Assembly (NCBI GenBank): GCA_964016885.1
Contig: OZ024743.1
Span: forward strand, 368,280,001 to 368,344,000
Source of the DNA: Eledone cirrhosa
Lineage: Eukaryota
Direction: 5' to 3'
Length of the DNA stretch: 64,000 bases
Every line of letters starts with the position of its first letter. The stretch's first letter is position 1. Position numbers and translations under genes: made by a program. Of the stretch, positions 1 to 14,431 are shown piece by piece. The notes beneath the pieces were generated by a model. That model searched no databases. It was not told where the DNA came from and worked only from the letters and a program-made list of their open reading frames with translations.

Positions 1-2020
1 CCACTTTACATCATCTTTGTACATTTTATTGTGGCATTAGCACTAGAGATGGGCTTGGAAGGAGGTGCAAGACTAAAGAGTTGTCTCTACTCTACTTTAT
101 GTTCAGCCTTTTTAAAAAAAAGTTACCAAAATGGTGAATAAAAATATCAGTGATGACTAAAAAGTTTGGAAGCCAAGTGAAAACTTTGAACAGCATGGTA
201 GGATAGCAATAAAGATGGGAGTTGGTTAAAGAGTGTGAGTGAAGAAAAGCAATAGAGATTAGTGATGGTAGGAGTTAGATGCTAATAATGAGTCACTGAA
301 GGGAAGAGGAAGTGATGGCTAGGAGCATTAGAATGAAAGGGTGATAGCCAGTTTTCTATATTTGCACCACCTCATGCCACCACTCATCACAGTAATTTAT
401 CATCTTTGTGAGCTTGAACTTCCTCTGATCAGTCTTTACCAGTTTATCCCCTGTCTTAGGTATCTTTCCACAAGTTCCAACTATATGTACTCAACATTTT
501 TTAATGCAAATAGAATCTGCCTAATACATCTCATGTGCATTCTTTTCTCTTGCACATTATATATGATTCCTATTATATTTTGTTTTTCTTAGCCCATTTA
601 TATTAAGTTCTGGAAACCATTGACTTCAATAGATAAATAAAATAACAAATATATTTTTAGGAAGAGAAAATGTTTACTTTAGTTTCTCTCTATTATTTCA
701 AAATACATTCATTAAAATTTGACTATTAAAGCAAAATAAGAAATATCTTTCGACTGTTGCACTATATAGAAGATAAAGCTTCTATATTGATTAACCTTTA
801 GCATAAATGTTCATGAAATATTTTACCATTTACCCCCTCCCTCAAATTCCTTGTTTGAAATAAATAATTTTGGTCTCAATGAACTTACTTAAATTTTAGT
901 TCTTCTGAAAAATAACGTCAGTGACAGTAAAATGATCTGAAATTAATGTAGAATAAAATAACAAGGAGAAGCCTATACCTACAGGGTTCTAATTTGATAT
1001 CATTTGATGTTTTGTTTTTCTTCTCTTTTTCTCTAGTTCAAAGCAATGCTGTGTGTCTTGTGGGTAATTAAATGCTGAAATAGGCAACTATGAATAGTAC
1101 AGTGTTTCATGCTCAGATTTGTAATATAATTTCATGGTAGTTCAAATTTATCATGCTGACATTATATAGATGTCCTATATTTATATAGTATATCATTATT
1201 ATCATTGTTATTACTATTATTGATCTTGTTGTTTCCCTTTTTCTTTTTTCATTAAATAATTCTACCTTCAGCTATTTTAAGATGGGTTTTTTTCTTATTC
1301 TAGTTCTGAATTCACCTATTTTTACAAGCATGCGTCTGTAAAATGCAGTCAATTGTAAATGCATTGTAAATATTTCTATTTCAGGCTCCTTTGTTGCATT
1401 CCTAGTTAACTATTCTTTCCTGTGTTGGAATTTTTCGCTGTCAACACATAACCATTTTTAATTCTTAAAAAAATATAAAGGGTAGATTTTGTTTTAGCCA
1501 GTGATTGTTTTTTGGTGTTTTCTTTCAATAGATATATTTTATTAAACAAGTGTTAGATCTGACCTTTAGATTCTTATTTATGAATTAATTTGGAATTTAC
1601 TTTATTTCTTTATTCCAAAAGTAAGTTCTATTCCCTATGATTTTAAACCTTGATGTAGATTCCCCTAAATTTATAAAGCTCAGAAAATGTTAAATATATT
1701 TTTTAAAAAATAGTTTCAATCAACATTATTTGTATTTTCTATTTAATATATTTCATGTATGCATCATTACCTTTGTATATGTACACATTTCCTTGGACTA
1801 GAATATATGTGAAGAGAGTTAACAGTATTATACTGAATATAATTATTTCATTGGCTCTAAAAAGCATTACATAAATTTTGAATTTATCAGATATTTCTTT
1901 TTAGGAGAACTGATGACATTAAAAAATATAAGAATATAATGAAAATATATTTTAATATATTATATTATTCTTTATCTTTTTATTCTACAGAAATAATTTC
2001 TTGTTCCATTATGATATTGA

Positions 2021-2022
<2 letters not shown>

Positions 2023-2065
<43 letters not shown>

Positions 2066-2110
2066 CATATATATATACACACATATATGAGTGTGTGTAT
2101 GTGTATACAC
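2023..2110. repeat. (TG)n then (TA/CA)n microsatellite
   Basis: Directly visible. Confidence 0.9.
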
Positions 2111-4637
2111 ATATCTATATAATCATGATCATCACTTTTCATGATGATAATGAAAGGATATGTATAAGATGAAAGAGTGGGTGTATAAACAGAATACAAA
2201 AGATAGAAAAAAGGAATGTGTATGATTGGATGAAAGATAAAAATAATGGTTTCTAGCTGGGGGTGGAACAGTGGATTATATCAGCCCTATTTATTTTATT
2301 TTATCAAACCTCAGAACATAAAGGTATGCCTGTAAAGATGCGGTATATACCACAAGGCATTTTGTCCATCACTGAACCAATTCTCCTAGTCTTCTATCTT
2401 TGTATTACTGTAATATTATTATTACCTTTCGTGACATGTGAGATCAACATATATCTTCTTCTGGTGTACCATTCATGAGTTTATGTGAAGTGAATCAATG
2501 TTTGTGTCAATGTACATATATGCTGATTCACTTATTTAAAATTTTAATACCAACATGCTTTAAACTACCCCATGTTCTACAATACAAAACTGTTAATTTC
2601 AAAATGTTTATAATTATCGAAAAACTTTCCATCATGATTTTATGCAAGAACCTTTGTTAAATTATGGGTTAGACTGGTTGTCACATTATGATATAAGTCA
2701 GGTCCAGAGACCATGTCTTTTCATATGGATCTGCATTTTGGCTTGGTTTTTATGTTGGATGCCCTTCCTAACACTATGAATGTATGTAAGTATATGTGTA
2801 CACTTACATACTATGTAAGGTCGTTCTTAAGTGCTATTGGTAACAAGTAACCCTGTACAATCTGTCATAAGGTTAGGTCGTCGGCGACTAAACTGGTAAC
2901 TCCTCCAAGCTTGCTTGGTGAGGAGGGTGATTTTAAACACCCTGTATGATGAAAAACAAGACCTGACAAAGGGCGGTTGAACTCATGAGAGTCAACAGCC
3001 ATCCAATACTGTCTACATATGAATATATTGTGTGAATGGGTGTATGTGAGAGATATTCTTTTACATTTTAATATCTCTGATATTTTAATATTTTACATAT
3101 ATCTTAACCTTTTAGCCATTTAGACTTTTTACGTTTTAATCTATGTACATTAGCTGGATCATCGAAATACTCGGATTGGTGTCCGAGGGTGCTGTAAGCC
3201 CACTGGGAGTAAGGTGCCCCTGGTCTTTATAAAGACATCCCTCTAGGAGAAGACTAACTGGTAGATAAACCCTGCTGCTCTATTGAGCTGGATAGATTGC
3301 AATTTGCTTGTGTCTGGACTTCTTGGTATTGTTAGTGAGTCATTGTGGTGTTTTGCAAGCCACATTCGACTCTTGCACAGGCATTGCTGACACTTAACAC
3401 TTAATATTTTGTGTTCTTGCCTTTTGAAGTCCAGTGGCGATAGGAATGTGGTGACGCGTACAGGTCTGACGGGCTGGAGGTATGCAGCTGCTGACCTGCA
3501 CACAGGCAGTCCTTGATATAAAGTCACTAGTTCATCAATTTCGGGAAGAGATGACTTTCAGTTGCTCCAAGGGTGGCTTGCCAGCACTTTTAGGGATAGC
3601 ACTGCTCACTAGTAAATCTGGAGGGGGTCAAGAAAAGGTGACTCAAACATAGCCTGTTTTCATTGTTTGACTTGTGTGGTGGCTTTTTCCCGGCTGCGCG
3701 CTGGGCACTCGGAAAGTTCAGCCTTCCTTGAGTGCTCGGAAAAATAAATTTCTCCTCTTTCGGTAAATGAAATTACTCGGAGTGGCTTGCTCTGCCCCAC
3801 TCCCACCGCGCCGCTTGTTTTGGCCGCCTAATTATACCTGTACCTACAAACTCCAGGTTTGGGCACAACTATTAGCTGTATCTTGCCTCTATTGACATGT
3901 AAATAAACCCCTGATGTGATTTAATAGTATTTGTGGTATAGATGATGGCCTGTCGAAATTGTGGGCTTCCCGCTAGCAATCCCAGGGCCAAAGTTAGTTA
4001 CGTTCCTAGAGTACTTTGAAAAACTAATTTCCATTTCTTTCACTGGACAATAACACTCGAGACTGGCTGACTCATGGTGGTGGGTGTGCTGGCTGGGACT
4101 CACAATCGAAATCTTTACTCTATATTCCATCCTAATAGCTTATCAAGTTAAAAAAAATGTTTTTCATATAAGGCTCTCTCTCCGTATGTTCATTAAATAA
4201 ATAAATTTCGCTACCTCTATTTTTCAATTTACCATTTTGCAATATAATATTTTTAATTTAATTTATTTCATCCTATAACTCGCAACATAAGTTTAGCGTT
4301 CCAATCTTCGGTTCAGACATTAGACCATACAGACACCCACTATAGATTCTTTGGGTAGCATTCTTTTCGCGGCATTTTCTAACATGAATGTATTTTAACC
4401 CTTACACTACGCTTCTTTCTCCCTTTCTTTCTTCCCTTCTTCTTTGACGGAGTGGTGGTAGTACATGATAGGCCTGCGCCCCCTTACCAGATGTTCACTG
4501 GTAGTTTTTCGGTTGCAAACACTTTGGGGGCGGCTGACTGTGAAGCTAGTTGGTCAGCCGCCTTCTCTGTCTCTGGTTTCTCGGACCCATGGTTTTTCGG
4601 ACCCATGGCTTTTTACATATTCCTTTGTTATATTCCA

Positions 4638-4695
4638 ATACCTGATGATATCACCGGATTCATATGGAACCCGGTCATTGAAATGATCATAGTAT
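4638..4695 (+). ncRNA. Minimal type I hammerhead ribozyme motif (Penelope-type) in a probable pLTR remnant ending at about 4891
   Basis: Layout: ATAC, CTGATGA, helix II (ACCGG/CCGGT), GAAA, palindromic helix III ATGATCAT, A^ cleavage, GTAT. Followed by AATAAA and about 190 bp of tail that abuts the TA array. The base of helix II is imperfect. Confidence 0.6.
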
Positions 4696-4891
4696 AATAA
4701 ACCTTTCAAGGATTTACACCAGTCCGGCCTCCTGTTACTTCATTTATAAGTAACTCCGTATTCGCACCACCAACTACACAAACGAAGATGGGTGAACTGC
4801 ACTGCGTTGAGTACTCTTCACAATATTACACCAGGATTGACCATACGGAATGACCAGTTCTATCCAGTGGTACACCAATAAACCTTAAGAA

Positions 4892-6406
<1,515 letters not shown>

Positions 6407-6640
6407 AAAGCTTCACGGCACAGGCATTGCTTTATATCTGGAGATCTCTCTGCACTTGTCGTCACATGGTACCATGGGCCCAGCACTATGTGTCAATAAT
6501 TGTCACAAGTGTAGTGTCTGTACCAGAGTTTTCAAGTCGCTGGCTGGACTAAAAAGTCACACTCGTTCAGCGCATCGGTAGGGGTTCTCCTACATGGATA
6601 TAAAGTAGTGGCCGTACTCGAAAACGAGTTGGCAGCCACC
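6407..6640 (+). mobile_element. 3' terminal fragment of a LINE (probably RTE clade) with a C-terminal C2H2 finger
   Basis: 6408-6581 reads ...[25 protein letters not shown]. The short 3' UTR folds as GTGGC..ACTCG-AAAA-CGAGT..GCCAC. TA arrays lie on both sides. Confidence 0.65.
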
Positions 6641-6691
6641 ATATATATATGTATATATGTATATATGTATATATATATATATATGTATATA

Positions 6692-6724
<33 letters not shown>

Positions 6725-6774
6725 ATATATATATATATGTATATATGTATATATATATATATATGTATATATAA

Positions 6775-7136
6775 ATAAAATATTAAACAAACATTATTTC
6801 TGAAGACGGCGTATATATGTGTTTGGTATGTATATTTAATCTTGATAATTTGTATAATTTTGTATAATTTTGTACATAGATCTGTTGAATATGCATACCA
6901 ATTCTAACACACATATATATCCTAGAAACGATCGTTAAATAATGAACTTTTTTTGTTTAATATAAGTAATTGTTTATTCATTATTTGTTTAATATTTTAT
7001 CTTGTACTCTGTATACCGTTTATCTTTCACCGAAAGTGGTTTTTCATTACATCTCTTCTTTCCATGATATCCGGAATACATTGAGTTCTTCATACGGATT
7101 GGACACTACCGTAAACTCTTGGTAGATTTATCTACA
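6775..7136 (+). mobile_element. Non-coding Penelope-like pLTR insertion (hammerhead plus tail, 17-bp 5' inversion)
   Basis: 6775-6791 is the reverse complement of 6984-7000. Hammerhead at 6792-6944. Tail 7001-7136 ends in the hairpin GTAGAT-TT-ATCTAC. A second family member lies at 11073-11359. Confidence 0.7.
6792..6944 (+). ncRNA. Type I hammerhead ribozyme motif with very long helix II
   Basis: Helix I CATTATTT/AAATAATG (8 bp), CTGAAGA at 6800-6806, GAAA at 6925-6928, palindromic helix III AACGATCGTT, GUU^ site at 6936. Helix II is about 115 nt with long complementary arms; its closing pair is non-canonical. Confidence 0.7.
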
Positions 7137-7971
<835 letters not shown>

Positions 7972-7973
<2 letters not shown>

Positions 7974-10197
7974 CATCATCATCATCATCATCAGGTTTAG
8001 CGTCCGTGTTCCACGCTTGCATGGGTTTGGACGGGGGTTTTCCCACTTGAGGCAAGAGTGGTTGTCTTGCTCGCATAGGACTGTCTGGCGGGTTTTCTAC
8101 AGTTGGATGCCCTTCCTAACACCAACCACATTTACAGTGTGGGGCTGGGAGGTTTTTACCGCGTTGCCTACACGGCCACATTACAGCGTGGACTGTCTGG
8201 CGGGTTTTCTACAGCTGGATGCCCTTCCTAACACCAACCACATTTACAGTGTGGGGCTGGGAGGTTTTTACCGTGTTGCCTACACGGCCACATTTACAGC
8301 GTGGACTGTGTGTTTTTTTGTCGTGATACCTACACGATCTCATTTGTTTCGGCCTGGATTTTGTGGGACCAACATAACTTTACATTGAAAGGGGCGGTGT
8401 GGGTGGGGTGGAGGTGGTGGGACGGGGGTGTGTTTTGATAGAGATGCCTACTGACTGTAGTAGGTTTTTTACTTTGTATTTAGGTAAGGCGGGTCTTCTC
8501 TATTACTGAGTACCGCCAAAGGTCTCGGTCCAGTGACATTGTCTTGGAGAGGTGTAAGCGTGTGAGGTCGGAATTTATCAGCTCGTCCCATGTTTTTCTG
8601 GGTCTGCCTACTCCGTGGCTACCGTCTATCTTTATTGCCCTGCACTTTGTTATACAGCTGTCGTCTTTCATGCGCATCACGTGACCGTACCAACGTAGCC
8701 TTCTCTCGAGTAAACAACATCTGATCCCTCTTATTTCTAATTTTTTCCTTAGTTCGTTTATGCTTTGCCGTTCACGTATATTACTATTGCACATCCAGCG
8801 GAGCATGCAAGCTTCATTCCTCTCTAGTCTGCGTATATCCTCTGCACACAATGCCCAGGTCTCACTGCCATGCAGCATTGCTGTTCGTATGCAGGCATCG
8901 TATAACCTGCCTTTCATTTTTAGGGAGAACCCTCTAGCGGCTAATAGTGGTATAAGCTCTCTGAACTTTTTCCATCCAGTTCTGACTCTAGCTACTGTAC
9001 TTTCAGAGCACCCTCCCCCACTGCTGATTTTGTCACCCAGATAACGGAAGCTGTCCACTATTTCTATAGAACCCTCTGCGCAGTTGAAGGAGCTAGTATT
9101 TTTGGGCACTTGCTGCTACTTATTGCACCAGAGCACCGGCCACATGTAAAATCTATGTTCTTAGTTAGCTTACCTGTGATCCCACTACATCTTTTATGCA
9201 CCCATACTTTGCATTTGGGACATAAAATGGAGTTTCTACCTACGCCTTTCCTACACACTCAGCATGGCCATTTCCCCGATGGGACCGCCGCCTTATTTTC
9301 TTTCCTACAAACTAGAACTTTAGTCTTAGCCAGGTTAATTTTAAGGCCTTTTGATTCTAGGCCGTGCTTCCACGTTTGGAATTTCTTCTCTAGTTCGGTC
9401 ATTGATTCAGCTATGAGCGTTAGATCATCTGCGTATAGGAGTTCCCATGGGCAGCCGGTCTTGAACTCCTCTGTTATAGCCTGAAGGGCAATAATAAATA
9501 GTAGGGGGCTAAGAACAGAGCCCTGATGGACACCAACTTTTACGCTAAACTCTTCACTATATTCGTTGTTAATTCTAACCTTACTGACTGTTTCTTTATA
9601 CATGGCTTGTATAGCTCTCACAAGCCATTCGTCAACACCTAGTTTTCTAAGAGACCACCAGATAATGGAACGGGGGACTCTGTCGAAGGCTTTCTCCAAG
9701 TCGACGAAAGCTAAGTATAGGGGTTTACTTTTAGCTAGGTACTTCTCCTGTAGTTGTCGTACAATGAAAAGAGCGTCTGTGGTACTTTTGCCTGACACAA
9801 ACCCGAACTGCATTTCATCTAGGTCAATTCTCTCTCTGATTAGTTGCGCTATTACTTTTTCCGTGACCTTCATGACCTGGTCGATTAATTTAATGCCTCT
9901 ATAGTTACTCCTATCTAGGGCATCTCCTTTTCCCTTATAGCAGTTAACGATGATGCTGCTACGCCATTCCTTCGGAACAACGCCATTCTGTACGACTTGG
10001 TTAACTATCCGGGTGACCATGGTGTGTCCCACCGAACCAGATGCCTTCAGCATCTCAGCAACTATTTCCGAAGGCCCAGCCGCCTTACCCGTCTTCATAT
10101 CTTTGATTGCCTTACTTATTATACTACCTTCAACTAAGACTGCTGGTCCCTCTATTGGATCGATCTGGGGGAGACTGTCTTTCTCCCATTTGTTCTC
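7972..10197 (-). mobile_element. RTE-clade LINE, family A, 5'-truncated copy 1 (RT plus PHD-like insert; one stop and one frameshift)
   Basis: (ATC)n tail on + at 7972-7993. ORF pieces 9259-10098, 9064-9258 and 8480-9109 contain [10 protein letters not shown] and LYADD. The 3' UTR has a 112-bp tandem duplication at 8078-8302. Confidence 0.93.
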
Positions 10198-10686
10198 ATA
10201 TATATATATGTATATATATGTATATATATGTATATGTATATATATGTATATATATGTATATATATGTATATGTATATATATGTATATGTATATATATGTA
10301 TATGTATATATATGTATATATATGTATATGTATATATATGTATATGTATATATATGTATATGTATATATATGTATATGTATATATATATGTATATGTATA
10401 TATATGTATATGTATATATATGTATATGTATATGTATATATATGTATATATATGTATATGTATATATATGTATATATATGTATATGTATATATATGTATA
10501 TATATGTATATATATGTATATGTATATATATGTATATATATGTATATATATGTATATATATATATGTATATATATGTATATGTATATATATGTATATGTA
10601 TATATATGTATATGTATATATATGTATATATATGTATATATATATATATGTATATATATGTATATATATATATATGTATATATATG

Positions 10687-10717
<31 letters not shown>

Positions 10718-10890
10718 GTATATATATGTATATATATATATGTATATATATGTATATATATGTATATATATGTATATATATATATGTATATATATGTATA
10801 TATATGTATATATATATATGTATATATATGTATATATATGTATATATATATGTATATATATGTATATATATATATATATGTGTATATATG

Positions 10891-10939
<49 letters not shown>

Positions 10940-11024
10940 GTATATATATGTATATATATATGTATATATATGTATATATATATGTATATATATGTATATA
11001 TATGTATATATATGTGTATATATG

Positions 11025-11072
<48 letters not shown>
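10198..11072. repeat. (TA)nTG array
   Basis: Directly visible; alternating TATATG and TATATATG units near the RTE 5' junction. Confidence 0.95.
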
Positions 11073-11073
<1 letters not shown>

Positions 11074-11359
11074 GTAGATAAATCTACCAAGAGTTTACGG
11101 TAGTGTCCAATCCGTATGAAGAACTCAATGTATTCCGGATATCATGGAAAGAAGAAAGACGGCGTATATATGTGTTGGTATGTATATTTAATCTTGATAG
11201 TTTGTATAATTTTGTATAATTTTGTACATAGATCTGTTGAATATGCATGCCAATTCTAACACATATATATCCTAGAAACGATCGTTAAATAATGAACTTT
11301 TTTTGTTTAATATAAGGAACTGTTTTCATTGTTTATTCATTATTTGTTTAATATTTTAT
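11073..11359 (-). mobile_element. Second insertion of the 6775-7136 Penelope-like family (83-bp tail end plus inverted tail-less pLTR)
   Basis: 11073-11155 is the reverse complement of 7054-7136. 11156-11359 is a direct near-copy of 6803-7000, ending at the same AATATTTTAT boundary. Confidence 0.75.
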
Positions 11360-11511
11360 ATATATATATGTATATATATGTATATATATGTATATATATG
11401 TATATATATGTATATATATGTATATATATGTATATATATATATATATGTATATATATGTATATATATGTATATATATGTATATATATATATGTATATATA
11501 TATGTATATAT

Positions 11512-12019
11512 ATCATCATCATCATCATCATTTTACGTCCGCTTTTCCCTGCTTGCAAGGGTGGGACGGGTCTTATTCAGCACAGCATCTCTCCACTCGT
11601 CATGGTTCCCTCGTCATCTCCACCGTGAGCTTCAATGATCTGAGGTCTGTTCTCACCACCTCCGCCCATGTTTTTCGTGGTCTACCTCTACCACGTCTTC
11701 CTTCAACTGGCATTTCCTGGCACTTCTTCACCCATCGGTCATCCTCCATGCGCATCACATGTCCATACCACCTCAGTCTCCTCTCCCGTACACTACATTC
11801 TATCCCTCTCAGACACAGTTTCTCTCTCAACACATTTATGCTGGGTCGTTCACGCACATTTACACTGCACATCCAACGGAGCATGCTTGCCTCATTTCTC
11901 TCCAGCCGTCGCATATCTTCTGCGGTAGCGGCCCATGTCTCACTACCATGCAGCATCGCGCTCCTCACACAGGCATCATACAACCGGCCTTTCGTACGCA
12001 GGGAGAAACCCTTCTTCGT

Positions 12020-12020
<1 letters not shown>
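11512..12020 (-). mobile_element. RTE-clade LINE, family B, short 3' fragment
   Basis: (ATC)n tail. Encodes [27 protein letters not shown]...[11 protein letters not shown]...GRGRPRKTW. TA arrays lie on both sides (11360-11511, 12021-12060). Confidence 0.9.
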
Positions 12021-12057
<37 letters not shown>

Positions 12058-12141
12058 TATAACGAAGGAAATGTGGTAAGGAACCAGGTGGACCATAACG
12101 CACCAAAGTACTCAATACTTGAGGTAGTAGAGTGGGTAATA

Positions 12142-12253
12142 GGAACCAGTAAGACCCCGACAGCTGAGCTCAAGCCGTTTCGACGGCTAATTCTGGACTA
12201 AATGAAAATTTATCCTGGTATTTAAATAGCCGATCTTCTCAAGGGGTAATTCC
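12142..12253 (-). ncRNA. Hammerhead ribozyme, U3-A8 core variant (3' pLTR copy)
   Basis: Reverse complement of 15333-15444. Confidence 0.75.
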
Positions 12254-13360
12254 ATATATGGTCAAAGTGATTGTCAAAAATCAGTAGTAATTCTGTGGTT
12301 GCAAATTAGTAGGGGAGATGGTGGCTAAACCTGCCAGTAGGAGAAAGAGGGGAGGGGGTGGAGTAGACCCAATCAAGCGTTGGTAGTGCCAGCTACAGCT
12401 GGGCATGAGGTCAAAGAAGATACAGGGGAGGGGGAGGAGGAGGAAGTCGGAACGGTAGGTAGAACAATGGGGGGTAGAAATAGGAAAGAAAAAAAAAAAA
12501 AAATACTGAGAGTGAAGAAAGGCAAATAAGTGTAAAGAAAAGTAAAGTAAATTAAATTCTACGACCTAGGTGTCAGGCTATTGTTAGGCGAGAATAAAAT
12601 AAAGAAAGAAAGAAAGAAGTAAAAAAATAAATAAATGAATAAATAAGGAAATAAGTAAGAGAACTAGGTGGGACGAATAAGGCAAGGACCCTTTTAAGAG
12701 GTATAAGTACGTAAATGATACGGTGACGGGTCAACAAAAGGGGCCAAAATACTAAAGAGACTACCACGAAATAAACAATAAAGGTTTCCATCCCGGGCCA
12801 GCAACGTCCCAGTGCAGCAAAGTGAACTTGTACGAGATAATAATTCTGAGTCCCGAGAAAAATATATACTAATGCTAACTCTAAAAGATCTAAAACACGC
12901 TACATGAAAGTTCGTACGAAATAAAGGTAGAATACGGAGAAATAAATTCAGAATCCACCCCGCCCAGAATAAGAGCGAAGCAAGAAATACTGAAACGAAA
13001 AAATAAGGCATGTGCCACTAAGAAATATAGAGGGCACAGAGAGTAGTGGGAGCGGTCGGAAAAAGGGGGAAAGTATCCGGGGTCTAAGCCAGCTGCTATA
13101 AAGGGCGGAGTCCGCCAAATCTATCAAAGACTAGGGGAGGGGTGGGTGGGGGTACTAAGGCTACATGGGGCCAAAGGGCAGCCTCGGGTGGGCGAGAAAA
13201 GACGCCGACAAAGGAGAAGAGCTGGGGTAGAAGGACAAAGGGGAGAGGGGGGAAGGAAATAAAGGAAGCGATAAAAGAATACAAAGAAGATCTTACGTCT
13301 TCCTTGGCAAGCAGGGGTTACCTATTGCAAAATCGGCAACTGGGGTGTTATAGCCCTACT

Positions 13361-14431
13361 CTACCCCCCCGGGTCATTATGGGGTTTGAGGGCGAGGTAA
13401 GTCCTACGCAATCTATGTTTACATGCAGTAACCAGTTCATCTTTCTTGTTTAGGAGTTGGTCCGTCGAAAACAGCATTTGTAAAGTTTCCTCCGAGCATA
13501 AATTGCACGGACGGCGTCCTCCCGTGTAAGAATTGGCTCTGGACAGTAATCTCCAAGTGAGATCATAGGTGATGTTGTTGTCCTTGAGGTCCCATATGTG
13601 GCCCGAAAGTGTAGTGGCGTGACGCCGGGCCGGGTTTCGGAAGGTATGTCTATGTTGGTATAGCCGGGTCTTGAAGTCACATGCGGTAAGTCCTATATAG
13701 GCTTTGTTGGAGGTATCCGTCCTCACGTTGCACTGGTAGATCACATTACGGTCTCTGCATCTATTGTCGAGTGGGCAAATAGATCTATCCGGGCAGTTAC
13801 AACTCCTGGTCGGTTCTCCACAGCTAATTAGGTTATTTCTGCCATCGGGGTTGAGTTTTTTGTTGTTAGAGGAGACGATGTTTTGTGCGAAGTTTGGTGT
13901 AGTGCTGTAAGAGAGTTTGATGGTATTTTTGTTAATTATGTTGTGGTAGCGGTGTTGTAATGGGAAGTGTTTTTCAATGAGCCTAAAGAATAGTTTCCCG
14001 ATGGGAGTAGTCACCTCTGCGTTGTGGGGAGGATTGAACCATGTTACATTGCGTGAGCGGCGGTGTCTCCTGCTGGTTCCGCTAATGGGAGCTGGACAGT
14101 AGGATATTTCCTCCCGGAAACCACTCCGCTTGAGGGCCTGGTTGTAATAAGGCGCATGTTCATCGAATATCCGCTCATTAGCTGACAAACGGGATATGCG
14201 GAGGGAGATGTTTTTGACCAGGTTGTTTGTGATGTTCCTAGGATGGTTTGATCGGCGGTGGATGTAGTGCAGATTGTCATTAGGTTTCCTGTATGGGTAG
14301 TACAGGTCGTTTTCGAGGTCGAGGGTTACGTCCAGGAAGTTTACTCGGGTCAGGGACGTTTGTAGGGTTATTTTAAATCCCCAGTCGCGGAAGAATCTGA
14401 TTAATTGTTTCCGGACCCGATCTGTACTACT
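13361..14431 (-). CDS. Penelope-like RT C-terminus plus GIY-YIG endonuclease (truncated, uninterrupted frame)
   Basis: The frame is open upstream of the listed ORF: VNFLDVTLDL...YYPYRKP...SNHP, then Cys-rich linker CNC..CPL..C, VIYQC..AYIGLT..FKTR..H, CNLCSEE, LLNKK. Confidence 0.9.
   Translation of the reverse strand, partial: SSTDRVRKQLIRFFRDWGFKITLQTSLTRVNFLDVTLDLENDLYYPYRKPNDNLHYIHRRSNHPRNITNNLVKNISLRISRLSANERIFDEHAPYYNQALKRSGFREEISYCPAPISGTSRRHRRSRNVTWFNPPHNAEVTTPIGKLFFRLIEKHFPLQHRYHNIINKNTIKLSYSTTPNFAQNIVSSNNKKLNPDGRNNLISCGEPTRSCNCPDRSICPLDNRCRDRNVIYQCNVRTDTSNKAYIGLTACDFKTRLYQHRHTFRNPARRHATTLSGHIWDLKDNNITYDLTWRLLSRANSYTGGRRPCNLCSEETLQMLFSTDQLLNKKDELVTACKHRLRRTYLALKPHNDPGG

Noticed and set aside
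2815-3010. Higher-complexity block possibly representing a LINE 5' UTR with an HDV-like ribozyme
   Set aside because: I could not assemble the nested double-pseudoknot pairings from the sequence.
3905-3966. Possible additional hammerhead (CCC-CTGATGT...GTC-GAAA-TTGT-GGG)
   Set aside because: The core has a mismatch at A9, helix II is poor and there is no proper cleavage triplet. At best a decayed relic.
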